The notes under the pieces were generated by a model. It saw only the letters and a program-made list of their open reading frames with translations, ran no database searches and was not told the DNA's origin. This document shows, in pieces, positions 53,023 to 64,000 of a DNA stretch of 64,000 nt; the first letter of the stretch is position 1, and the number at the start of each line of letters is the position of its first letter. The DNA comes from Nemertoderma westbladi (taxonomy: Eukaryota > Animalia > Xenacoelomorpha): the NCBI GenBank assembly GCA_032718475.1, contig JAUCBJ010008464.1, positions 62,001-126,000 on the forward strand, in the 5' to 3' direction. Both the position numbers and the translations under genes were made by a program.

Positions 53023-56000
53023 ATGGCTGACACAAGGCAAACTCTGTCAGATAGTCTCCTAGAAACAACAGCCTGTTTCTCAGATCAAAGTGTAGAGAAT
53101 CCCAGACCGAGGTCTGAAACCCCTCATACTGTAAGAAGGGCAACCCCTGCAGTGGTTGTGACAGAACCTAGGTTGGTAGAAAAGATTTCGCAATTTGCGA
53201 AGTTAGTGAAGCGCCGTTGGTCTGCCATAGGCACTCGGGCCCAAGTCAAGCGGGATCAAGAAGAAGCTATAAAACAGCAGCAACCTCCTAGCCAAGAACC
53301 TAGTTCTCAGCGGCCCGATAGCTCCAGTAGTTCGGATACTGTTGAGCGGACGCCCGAACGCGGAGCGAAGATGGCGGATACGGTTTATGATGGGCGGCCA
53401 GCCTGTGGGGAATCAACCGACGCCACTTCTTCTCAAGTGGAAAGTGAGGTGGAAGGCGAAGTGGAAAGTGAGGTGGAAGGCGAAGTGGAAAGTGAGGTGG
53501 AAAGCGAAGTGGAAAGCGAGGTGGAAAGCGAAGTGGAAAGCGAATTAACATCAGCAGAGAAGCCGCGAACTAGAGACGCTATCGACATTTATTTGTCCGA
53601 CTATCAGCGATTCCTAGGAGACGAAGAGTTGAGGAGACGGCTGTCTGGACTTTCCCCTAATAGTGAAGGAACCAAGCTTGTGTTGGACTCAATCGATGCC
53701 GAAATGTCAGCTGCAAACCAAGCTGAATGTGATGAAAAACTCCGCCTCATTAGAGTCCGAGAAGAACAAATAAAGAAAAGAAGGATAGAGGAACAAAAGG
53801 CGGCGGCTATGGCGGAGGCTATAGCAGATGCAGAAGCAGAAAGAAAGGCAGCGGCGGCAGAAGTAGAAGCAGAAAGAATAGCAGCAAAGGCAGCGGCGGC
53901 AGATGCAGAAGCAGAAAGAAAAGCAGCAAAGGCGGCGGCTGCGGCAGATGCAGAAGCAGAAAGAAAGGTGGCAAAGGCAGTGGCAGAAGCAGAAAGGAGA
54001 GCATCTGAGCAGACTACCCAACTGGAGTTGGAGAATCTGCAAGAGACACAAGACAGTATAAATAAACAGTTTACTGCTAATCAAATGCAGATGATGAGAA
54101 AATCTACTCCCAAGCGCCAGGGGTACACATCCTCGGAGGAAGGCGATACTACCGACCCTGAAGGCGGAGGAAATAGATCTCATCTAAGTAGGCGTAGAAA
54201 AACATATTACCGTCGCAAATTGCCTGATTTGCCCCCAGCTGTTAAAAGACAGCTAACTAGCACAGATTTAGGTAGTGCAGAACCCATAGAACAATTTATC
54301 CAGGTCAAAAGACTCCCTACTATAGTCGATGAACCTGAAATAATTAGGCCTGTAGTTCCCAAAGTCACTTCTGTGCTAGAGACCCCTACACTTCCAGAGC
54401 TTAACTCTAAATTCCCTTTACATAGCACTACACTGCCTGTACCCGGTGGAACAGTCCATGCAAATACCCCTGTCCAGATAGCAGAGAGAGAAATCAATAA
54501 TTTGTCTCCCGTCGTCCCGCGTCAGCCCGCTACTATGTTGGTGACTCCCGCTTCGGCGGTTGAGTGGGTGGAAGAGGGACGGCGGGGGATGAATCTCCTG
54601 CTAGGACAGATGCAGGAGACTGTCCACCAACTTAAGGGAACAGTGAGGGAAGGTAGAGCAGAGTTGCAAGAAGTGCAACAAAGTATCGCGCTAGAACGCG
54701 ACAAATTAGTCAATATACAAAAAGGCATACCAATGCCCCCTGTAACATTGTGTCAACCTGTTAGGTCTGAAGTACTACATGCGCAAGGTGTGGAGCCTAC
54801 ACGCATCTATACTGCTAGTGAAGTTGAAACTCCTATAGCAAACCCTATTAAGGGTGATTATAGACCTGTTATTAATGATATTCCCTATAGACCTGATAAT
54901 GATCCGAGAAATTTATATACCGATAATTCGATATTAAATAACACGATGGTCCAAGAAAGCTTTACGCGTCAGATGGCTAGAACAGAAGCCCGCCAAGCGG
55001 TCAAAGTGGGAGAGATCGTCAAATTCAATGGAGACGAGATGAAATGGTTACCTTTCAACGAATATTACAAAGATAGCATACAGAACTCTGTACTATCTAA
55101 CGGAGAGAAACTTAGATTCCTCATCAAGTGCTTGGAAGGACCTCCCAAGTTAATGGCGTTAAAGTTTATTGGACATCCAGATGGATTAAGACAAGTTTGG
55201 GATACACTAAACATCAGGTATGGTAACAAGGATAACATAGCTAAGTATTTGTATGCAAAATTAGTAGCCCCCCGACACTTCCTTAGTAGTGGGATTATAG
55301 AGTTTTCCGATGAAATTCAAGAGATCTGTAGACAACTGGACTGGTTAGGTAAGTCGCACGAATATCAGAGTTCCATGGTTATTGGAGCCGTAGTCTCTAC
55401 TTTACCAAAGGGTGGAGTATGTACACGCTGGGACAAGAAAGTGTTGTACATGAATGAACAACAACGACGAAGTCCTACCATGGCTGATCTCATGTCTTTC
55501 TTAGATAGTGAAGTAAAATTACAACTCATAAGGCAGTCCAGAGAGAAAACATCGGAAAATAAGGTAAGTGAGAAACCCGTTTCTAGGAGAAGGATAATAC
55601 CAGTGTGTTATACTGACGACAGCGAAAGTCAAGCTTCTCAAGAAGAGGACAGCGGGAAAGACACAGCAAAATCTTACTATGACAACAAGACCTATAAAGA
55701 CGTAAGTAAATACAAGTCTCGAACCAGTGACAGGAGAGAACAGGTAACAACAACTCCTCCTACGTCTCCTAAGAGAATTCACGGAAGAAAGCCCGAAGAA
55801 AGAACGAGAGTGCAGAACGTTAACCAAGTTAAGGTGAGTAACATCAAACCAAAATGTGCGCTGTGCGACGGGCCCCACCGTTTGAGTGCGTGTGCTGAAT
55901 TTCTAAAGAAATCCCCTGTAGACAGACGTACAGTCCTGTGGAATAAGCGGTTATGCTATAATTGCCTCAGATCAGGACACCAACGGCGAACCTGTTACTC

Positions 56001-57285
56001 CGACGTAAAGTGTGCAAAGTGTGGCGCGAAACATCACATCTTGTTACACAGTGAGTTCGAACGAGACAACCCGAGTCAGGCAAGTGAGCCCGAACTACAT
56101 GTCCAATTCAGTGATGTGAACGACACTGACCAAGGTTCTGAGTGGGAAGGATTCTATACAGACGAATTCTCCGATGCCAACGAATCCTGTTATCTAATAA
56201 ATACCACAGTGTATCGAGCACTTACGGATGAAAAGGACACTGACGAGTTTACTCCAACTCCTTTTGACAAACAACCATCTTGGAAAGTTCCGACTTCCAA
56301 CATAGGAATAAGAGAATTTCCTGTAGTGCAAGTTCGAGTTCATGGTCTTAACAAGAGTTACATAGTGAACGCCCTACTTGACTCCGGCAGCACAGGAACT
56401 TTCATCGATCAAGAACTAGCCGAAGATATCTTTGCTGGACAACCCAAGTTCCGGATTAAATTGAATATGTCAGGAATTATACAGGTTTGGAAATCTACCC
56501 TAACGGCAGATTACTATGTAGGTGAGTTGTCCACCCCCCAGGATAAATTAGGAGCACAAAGTATAAGGTCAGTAAAAATGGTGGCTATAAAGAACTTCGC
56601 TACTACCCAAGCAGACCTTTATAACTGGGACGAGGACGAGTGCATCCAACATCTTGAGATACCTCGATTCCAAACCGATTATCCTGGAGTGCAAATCCTC
56701 ATCGGCCAAAACGCGCATGAGGCGCTCGAGACATTGGAGAAACGGCCTGCTCAACTGCAGCCATTACAAACTTATGCGGTAAGAACTAGAGTAGGTTGGT
56801 ACTTTACTGGCCCTTCCCGCAGAACTCTTGAAGAAAGATTGCCACAAGACCGGCTACTTCAAGTAAAGGATTGGGAAGAGGGGAGCAGTGAAGTGGACGA
56901 ACCCACTGAGGTAACACCATACTCCTCAGATAATGACGATATTAACTCCAATGTAGATCAATGGAGACATTGCCTTGGGACGATTAATCCAGCCGACATC
57001 GCTTCCAGAGGAGCAACTCCTCAAGAACTGATAGATACTCCAGGCTGGTTAGGTGGATCCGACTCCTTAAGTAAAGAAGAAGAAGAATGGCCTCCTCATC
57101 TTACCACGGCAGAGAGTAGACAGGCCAAGGGAGCGGAGAAACTAACACAACAACTCAATCGCCCAGCTGGTCGTTTATGTTTACTGGAAAGAGACCGAAA
57201 ACTGTCCGGAAACTATGGAAGGCAAGATACTCTTCCTACGACCACTTCCCTAATCCGACAAATATCTAGGGACTCTATAACGTAA
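53023..57285 (+). CDS. gag: Intact 1420-aa BEL/Pao Gag-protease with fused short pol remnants; no RT, RNase H core or integrase
   Basis: Uninterrupted ORF; gag motif, CALC/CYNC/CAKC knuckles, ALLDSGS, then WRHC..NPADIASRG and the native pol C-terminus. Confidence 0.92.
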   Translation: MADTRQTLSDSLLETTACFSDQSVENPRPRSETPHTVRRATPAVVVTEPRLVEKISQFAKLVKRRWSAIGTRAQVKRDQEEAIKQQQPPSQEPSSQRPDSSSSSDTVERTPERGAKMADTVYDGRPACGESTDATSSQVESEVEGEVESEVEGEVESEVESEVESEVESEVESELTSAEKPRTRDAIDIYLSDYQRFLGDEELRRRLSGLSPNSEGTKLVLDSIDAEMSAANQAECDEKLRLIRVREEQIKKRRIEEQKAAAMAEAIADAEAERKAAAAEVEAERIAAKAAAADAEAERKAAKAAAAADAEAERKVAKAVAEAERRASEQTTQLELENLQETQDSINKQFTANQMQMMRKSTPKRQGYTSSEEGDTTDPEGGGNRSHLSRRRKTYYRRKLPDLPPAVKRQLTSTDLGSAEPIEQFIQVKRLPTIVDEPEIIRPVVPKVTSVLETPTLPELNSKFPLHSTTLPVPGGTVHANTPVQIAEREINNLSPVVPRQPATMLVTPASAVEWVEEGRRGMNLLLGQMQETVHQLKGTVREGRAELQEVQQSIALERDKLVNIQKGIPMPPVTLCQPVRSEVLHAQGVEPTRIYTASEVETPIANPIKGDYRPVINDIPYRPDNDPRNLYTDNSILNNTMVQESFTRQMARTEARQAVKVGEIVKFNGDEMKWLPFNEYYKDSIQNSVLSNGEKLRFLIKCLEGPPKLMALKFIGHPDGLRQVWDTLNIRYGNKDNIAKYLYAKLVAPRHFLSSGIIEFSDEIQEICRQLDWLGKSHEYQSSMVIGAVVSTLPKGGVCTRWDKKVLYMNEQQRRSPTMADLMSFLDSEVKLQLIRQSREKTSENKVSEKPVSRRRIIPVCYTDDSESQASQEEDSGKDTAKSYYDNKTYKDVSKYKSRTSDRREQVTTTPPTSPKRIHGRKPEERTRVQNVNQVKVSNIKPKCALCDGPHRLSACAEFLKKSPVDRRTVLWNKRLCYNCLRSGHQRRTCYSDVKCAKCGAKHHILLHSEFERDNPSQASEPELHVQFSDVNDTDQGSEWEGFYTDEFSDANESCYLINTTVYRALTDEKDTDEFTPTPFDKQPSWKVPTSNIGIREFPVVQVRVHGLNKSYIVNALLDSGSTGTFIDQELAEDIFAGQPKFRIKLNMSGIIQVWKSTLTADYYVGELSTPQDKLGAQSIRSVKMVAIKNFATTQADLYNWDEDECIQHLEIPRFQTDYPGVQILIGQNAHEALETLEKRPAQLQPLQTYAVRTRVGWYFTGPSRRTLEERLPQDRLLQVKDWEEGSSEVDEPTEVTPYSSDNDDINSNVDQWRHCLGTINPADIASRGATPQELIDTPGWLGGSDSLSKEEEEWPPHLTTAESRQAKGAEKLTQQLNRPAGRLCLLERDRKLSGNYGRQDTLPTTTSLIRQISRDSIT

Positions 57286-58909
57286 TAACATATGGAGTGG
57301 GCGTGTGGCTATATCATTTTATATTTGTTTTTATTTTATATTTATGTATGTATTATTATGTAATTTTATTATAATCGTTTTCTTTAATTTTATTTAGTAA
57401 AATGTTATTTTAGAAAATTTAGTAAATTAGTGCAATATATTAGTGTTTATTACGTACATAATTACTTATAATATATATTTAGTGCGACAGCGAGAAATAA
57501 TTATTTTCTCTTCCCTTACTGTCCGTATCATATTATAAATACGTGACTACAGTAAGATGAAATGTCCGTACTTCTTAAAGTACAATAAAGCCACTACTAT
57601 ATTCAAGTATTATTGGTAGGCAGAGTATTAGGAATGCAAAGTTCAGATCCTCGTGTCTCGGCTAAACCAAGCTCTGGGTAGACCTTGGAAACGACTTGCC
57701 TCTTCACACTGACATTGCTTTGTGCGATATTGCTCTTCTACCTTATATTAAATAATACATATAGTAGCGTGATGTCCCTCTAACAGTAGCGTAAATCGCA
57801 AATAAATCTGTTAAACTTTTTGACCATCTGTAATTCTAGTCGATTAAGATATCGTGGCACCCACCGATATACTTGAAAGACAAATTCTAGAATCAGTGGT
57901 TAATGTCCCCAGACAAGTTCTGGAATAAATCGGTGCCCATCCAAAATATTAATTTAATATTTATTAAAATCTGTAAAATTCCGATCCTTTAAAATTTCTA
58001 GTCAATTAAGATATCGCAGCACTTACCGATACTCTTAAAAAGACAAATTTCATAGAATTCAGGATCCTATGTCCCCAGACCTGCTCTGGAATCAAATTGT
58101 GCCAATTTAACATCAAATAATAAAATTCGAGGGAATAATTTTAAATTCATATTCAAATGAATTTCATAAATTGTCATTTTGTGAAATTTGTAACATTCCC
58201 AAAATTTCAGTAATTAATAGATCATGGGAGCGGAGATTCATATTGAGTGTACTAGAGTGCGAGAATCTCCAATATATAGTCAATAGCCGATAAAATTTAT
58301 AAAATCATGCATAAAGAGGATATTGACAATTAAAGAATTACTATTAAATAACATCCCAGATCTGTATACATGAGAATTGCCCTAATTCTACCGCTAGTTT
58401 TCCATAATGTCACCATGGCAACACCCACGCTAGAATTAGAAGCAAGTTAAATGAACAATAAAAAGCTTGCCCCATTGCGTAGCATAAGAGTATACATAGC
58501 GCACTATTAGTATCCAAGGATACATAGTAATAACGTGACATTCTGGAAGACACTGACTAACGGACAAATGGCATGCATGTGTGCAGTAAGTAATGATTGT
58601 ATGGAATTTGTGCGTTTATAGGTGAATGTTACTACTAAAGTGTGTTTACAGTAGCTAATCGCAATTGTAAAATAGCCCTAACTCTACCGAGATAACCTCA
58701 AGTGGATTCAAGCCTTTGGGACGGACAGTGGTGGGACTTGTGCCGGTTATCGTTGTCGTGCCGTTGCTACATGTTGGCGTAAACACTGCGACAACGGTAC
58801 ATCGGCGCTGAGAAACCCACTGTCCGGGGGCAAAAGGCCTAGTAGGCAGCGACGCCCGCTTGCCTAAAATATTAACTCATATTGATATTAATAAACTCAG
58901 ATAGCAGAT

Positions 58910-60347
58910 ATGACGGAATTGATAGAAGATGACCTTGGTATTAGAGAGCGATATACTCTACCTTTACAAGCGTTTGTGGATAGCTTGATACGCGGTGAAG
59001 CCGATCCGACTATTACGGAGGACGATGGTCGTTATATCGAACCGCTGATGTCCCAGGAACAACTTACGCGTGAATTGGACTATCGAAAATTAACCGCTCG
59101 CTATACGCATCGTAATGGTACGTATATGGACTTCTTAACTACCGGCCATCCTATCGATTTACATGATACGGACGATGTAGACACCGAAAGGGAAATGGTT
59201 CTATTTAAATATCATACCCAGCGGCGTCGTAACGATAAACCGAGAATAGATCACGAAAATTCTATTCGTAACAGACTGGGAAGACGAACCAATATGTCTA
59301 GAATCTGAGGAGATTCAGCCTATCGCGCTCGGAACAGCGACAACGATTATGGTATCAAGGTCCACAGTGTCTCACTGCGTACGATTATCGCCATGCCAAC
59401 TATGTTTCTCGGCAACATTGTCGGTTATGCGCATCGAGAGACCATGTTACGCCCATGGACACAAACGTCCGCTGTTCCTATTTCCACGAACAACCGGCGA
59501 TGGAAATTTATTGCGCATATTGCAGATTTAATAATTTGCACATTTTTGCCGTTTGCCCTCAATTTATGACTCAATGTCACCATTGTCAACTAAAGGGACA
59601 TGCCAGTTTCGATTGCCCTTTTAATCACGATTTGGAAAGCGTAGATGAAATGATCACACTACGTTACATCAGAGCTTGGGAAGCGAACACTGATTTATAT
59701 TGTGATTCACGCCATCGCTATTATCCTGGACGCGCCTACGAAGGAGTTTATGCGTTCCATCCATATTTGTTTGCCTCCGTCGAGCAGAAATCGCGCCTAT
59801 CAAGTTATGAACTATTGAAGCGCGTTGGAGAATGTATTTCAACCAAATATGTACGCAAATTCCTCAGGAGCATTAATCCGAGTGACATCAATTCGTATAA
59901 CTTAATAAACTTTATCCGTCAAGATCCGGCCTATGGAGACTTATTTGTCAACTCACACCCTGAGTTACAGGAAGTATATCGACGGCCTTACGAGTACAGA
60001 ACCCGCGAACGCGAGTTGGAAAGAACCATTAAACCAAGGAAGTTTCTAACTGCCTATGGTCCACCCACGGCCCTCGTTCAGACCACTCGTAAAGGACCCG
60101 TAAGAGCGGCTGTCTTGAAACGAGCTCTCAAAGCCGTTAGACCCTCTCCCCGGACGTTGATGTCAATCAACCCGGTGCTTCGACCGGCGGGTATACCGAT
60201 CGCAATCCCATACCTTCTGATGCAATCATATTGCACTCTTCACCCAGGAGTTATAGCCCTCCTCGTAAAGTGGCTCGCCCCAAAGAGAAAAGGACTCTTG
60301 CTAGCTTTAAAAAACTGCGTAAACGCCGTCCGCGCAAGAAAGACTAA
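58910..60347 (+). pseudogene. Accessory ORF3 of copy D with CCHC zinc-knuckle middle module (frameshifted)
   Basis: Shared N- and C-terminal parts with C and B; CAYCRFNNLHIFAVC and CHHCQLKGHASFDC motifs; 1-nt deletion near 60143. Confidence 0.78.
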
Positions 60348-60425
60348 CTGTTTAGAGTATTTTTATATTTTAGAAACTGTGATTTTGTATATTTTATAGA
60401 CTTAAATCCCATTTTCTGGGAGCGG

Positions 60426-61668
60426 TGTAAAAGCTTCTGTGGGATCTAACTGGCCCCTTTTGCTTCGCAATCCAGTTTCCCCCCAGGCGCTGGAATACTC
60501 TAAAAAGGTTCTCTAACTGTATATATATTCCCCTCGTGTTTTAACGGTTATCGGTGTTTTAACGGACATAAAAGTCATTCTGCTATATACGTGTTTTGGC
60601 GGACATGGTAAGGCAAAAAACCTGTAATGCACCAACTACCTTTCACAGCTTAGCCGTGATGATTCATATTACGACATCTAACAGCTGGTTGCTGACATGG
60701 AAACAGCCATTGGATGCATGGTTCTTTGTTCGGCTTGAGCCAATCAGAGCGATTTTTCCTGTCGACGTGTAGCTTTTCGGTCGATCATAAGGAGAGTGTT
60801 CAGTCTTACTGCTTTTACTTGATACTTTGTTGTTATTGCTGTCTAAGCCAGAAACACCGGCTTTTTGGGAAGAACTCTAGTAAAACTGCTTAAATTATCG
60901 AAAGTATAAACTGTTACCTTAACAAATCAATAACTCACTAATTAACATGCTCACTTAATTTAATTGCATTAATCATATTGTTTGTACTGTTATTTTACCG
61001 TCAGTTATTAATTGTACCTATTTGTTGATGGAAATATTGCTCTTTGGATAATACGGATAAATCACCCAAATTCCCAATTTTCTTGATACACTACAGGTTA
61101 GAGAGACCGGCTATACATAACAATTGCGATTTATATTAATGTGGTGTGTATTGAATCCAATGTTATTTAGCAGACCCTACGTGAGTCAATTGCTGCTCTC
61201 TTTATGTGTGATCAAATATACTGACGGTCGGCAGAATAGTGTGTATGATTGTGATTGGTAACAAAGTATTTCCTAAAGAATACGTTTTATACTTCAATCA
61301 TAAGCAGTATCGTTGCGTTTTAGTATAAGTCTTAGTTCTGTTTAGATAGATAGAGCGCCACGTCCTAAAGGAACTGTTAATATTTCCCGAAAGCCAATAA
61401 TATCTGTCAGAAATTAATTATTAACGATCTATCGAATAATACAGTAAGTTTACACTGCAACCTTACACTGCAATAATAAAATTTAAGCATCCGAATTCAG
61501 CCTCCCGGGTGTAGATCCATCGGGTGAATGATCGCGCATGGGCTGACTTCGGCTAATGTTTTGTGTATTAGCATAAAATATTGTCGTATGCTAAAGGTGT
61601 TTTTATTAACTAAAAGACATATAAATTTTGGCAGGTTAAACTGCTAAAGGTCTTCAAAAGCGCGAACA
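60426..61668 (+). repeat. 3' LTR of copy D (1243 bp)
   Basis: Preceded by GGGAGCGG; ends GCGCGAACA then TSD. Confidence 0.96.
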
Positions 61669-61673
61669 GCAAT

Positions 61674-64000
61674 GTATGGTTTAGATTTGGAGACGGTGAA
61701 CGCTATTTATCTAAAGTTAGAGCCAAAATTCCAATTCATGTTGGAAGTCAACGTGTATATCTTCATGTAAATCTCGTACAATGTGATATACCTCTTCTTT
61801 TGTCTAGATCTGCGATTAAAAAAGCCAACAGAAAAATAGATTTCAATGAAGATACAATAGAACTCCTTGGAGAAAAATTAGACCTAATCATTTCTTCAAC
61901 TGGGCATTATTGTTTAGCCTTGTACCGTTCCAAGGAGTTGATGGTAGAAAATGCTAAACAGATTCTATTTACTTCACCACTGAAAGGAAAAGACAAAAAT
62001 GAGTTAGAAAAAGATATAAATAAACTTCATAAACAGTTCGCACATCCTCCAGCTAGTCGATTAAAAGAACTAATTACGGATGCTGGCTATAGTTCTATAC
62101 TTATAAACTCGATCATAGATGATGTTACAAAACAGTGCGATATATGTAAGCGCTTCAAATCAGCTCCTTTGAAACCTGTAGTTGGGTTCCCATTAGCTAA
62201 TACATTCAATGAAACAGTTGGAATGGATCTGAAAGAAATTAGACCTGGTTTTCATATTCTTCACTTTGTTGATCACGCCACAAGGTTCTCTCAAGCTGCC
62301 TTGATTAATAATAAACGCAAAGAGACGATCGTTGAAAAGATATTTGATTATTGGATTCGGCTGTTTGGTGCACCAATGAAATTCCTCTCGGACAACGGGG
62401 GCGAATTCAACAATGGAGAATTGCTTGAATTATGTGAAAAATTTAACATTCGGGTTCTCACCACCGCAGCAGAAAGCCCTTGGTCGAATGGGCTTGTTGA
62501 AAGACACAACAGAATATTAGCGAATTGCATCGAAAAAATTGTATTCCAATCCCCTGTTAATTTAAACTTGGCTGTACAATGGGCAATATCCGCCAAAAAT
62601 TCTTTGATCAATGTTTACGGTTTCACTCCTAATGTTTTGGTGTTTGGGAAAAATCCAAATTTCCCATCAAACTTTGTGAATAAATTACCAGCTGACGGTT
62701 CCGCATGTAGTAGTAGTATAGTTAGGGATAACCTAAATGCTCTCCACTTGGCCAGAGAGTCTTTCATACGCCAAGAAAGTTGTGAAAAACTCCGGCGGTC
62801 ACTCAGCAGAAAAACGAGAGCTTATTCCGATTACATATTTACAAATGGTGAAGAGGTATACTACAAACGCAATAATTCAACAGCATGGAAAGGGCCAGCA
62901 AAAGTGCTTGGAGTGGACAATAAAATGGTATTGGTTAAACATGGCGGCCAATATTTAAGAGTGCATCCATGTCGTCTACAACTGGTTAATGTGAATGTTA
63001 AAAATGACGAAATAACATCATCGAATTATAATGTGAATAACAAAGTAATCGAAACTTCAGATGATGATTCTGATATGAATGAGAACAATCTGTCGAATAT
63101 ACCTGGCTACTCACCAGATGCTGCTGCTAATAGTTTTGAAGGAACATCCACTCCGAGTATTGGAAAAGACGAAACACAAGAAAACACAAAGACAAAGTTA
63201 CCATGCACTAAAGAGAATATAGAATATCTGGAAAATAATTCAGATCAATGGAAGTCAGCTAAGATTCTAGGACGAGGCGGTAAAGCTACTGGTAAATTTT
63301 GGCATTTTATAAATATGGAAAATGCAGCGGGTGAGCAATATTGTAAGAGTTTTAGAGATGACATTAAAGAGTGGAGAATTAACACTGTTTCAGATGGAAC
63401 CAAGAACAATACGGTAGATGCAGAGGAAGCTTCAGAGGAAACTGTAACAGATACATTTATTTCAAGTGATGTGGATGATAATATGAAACGTTTTGATCGT
63501 GCAAAGGAAGAAGAATTAAAGAAGTGGATAGACATGAAGACATATGTCGAGGTAGAAGATGCTGGTCAATACGCAATATCCACCAAATGGGTTCTAACTG
63601 AGAAATTGAAGAACGATGGAGTACAGTTGAAGGCTCGTCTCTGTGCTCGAGGGTTTGAGGACGATGGCTGTGGCAGAACTGAATCACCAACATGCTATAA
63701 AGACTCACTTAGAGTATGTTTAATATTGATTTCAACATTTGGATTGAGGCTTAATGTCATTGATATAAAGAGTGCATATCTGCAAGGAATTCCCATGGAG
63801 AGGGATGTATATATTCTCCCACCAAAAGAATCGCATACTGCATTTCTATGGAGACTAAATCATTCGGTTTATGGTCTCAATGAATCGGGACGAAAGTGGT
63901 ATCTGAGAGTCGTTGAGGAGTTTACTAAACTGAATGTAAAGAAATCACAATTCGATCCAGCTATATTTTATTCTCATCGTAACAATAAACTCAATGGAAT
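61674..64000 (+). pseudogene. pol: Copia pol continuation (PR C-terminus, integrase, RT)
   Basis: VWFRFGDG, KLHKQFAH..CDIC, SDNGGEF, SPWSNGLVER, KARLCARGF, YGLNESGRKWY; motifs checked fall in one frame. Confidence 0.92.

Larger units (their letters stand above)
49598..61668 (+). mobile_element. BEL/Pao copy D: complete 12,071-bp non-autonomous LTR element, recent insertion
   Basis: TG...CA LTRs nearly identical; 5-bp TSD GCAAT at 49593-49597 and 61669-61673. Confidence 0.96.
48002..64000 (+). mobile_element. Ty1/Copia element, GalEa-like, interrupted by BEL copy D and running off the window
   Basis: LTR end ATTAACA plus PBS TGGTAGCAGA; gag-PR-IN-RT order; left LTR boundary uncertain. Confidence 0.88.

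Noticed and set aside
57644-57670. HDV-like ribozyme (AGA-TCCTCGTG-TCT followed by GGCTAA)
   Set aside because: Could not find P1, P2 or P1.1 partners in the required order
60143-60399. Hydrophobic C-terminus of ORF 59455-60399 as an env transmembrane anchor
   Set aside because: It results from a 1-nt deletion; the synonymous-change pattern supports the alternative basic frame ending RKKD

Overview
AT-rich animal (invertebrate-like) genomic DNA made up almost entirely of nested transposable elements, with one recognisable host-type gene, an intronless RPA-interacting protein (RPAIN/RIP). From left to right: an RTE LINE end, a Penelope-like element with a hammerhead ribozyme, RPAIN, a decayed Ty3/Gypsy element, a 31-bp minisatellite, MITE/SINE remnants, a cluster of one BEL/Pao LTR family (pieces A-E) carrying Helitron and ribozyme-containing insertions, LINE fragments, and a GalEa-type Copia. 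The Copia is split by a young, complete 12-kb BEL/Pao copy (D, TSD GCAAT). The BEL/Pao family is the most unusual part. (1) It has no tRNA primer-binding site; the 12-13 nt after the 5' LTR are instead exactly complementary to a site inside the LTR, and both sides co-vary between copies, suggesting Tf1-like self-priming. (2) Two copies are Gag-protease-only derivatives made by in-frame deletions. (3) The env position holds a non-env ORF with signs of purifying selection and exchangeable middle modules, preceded by a co-varying RNA hairpin. All calls were made by eye; no database searches were run.
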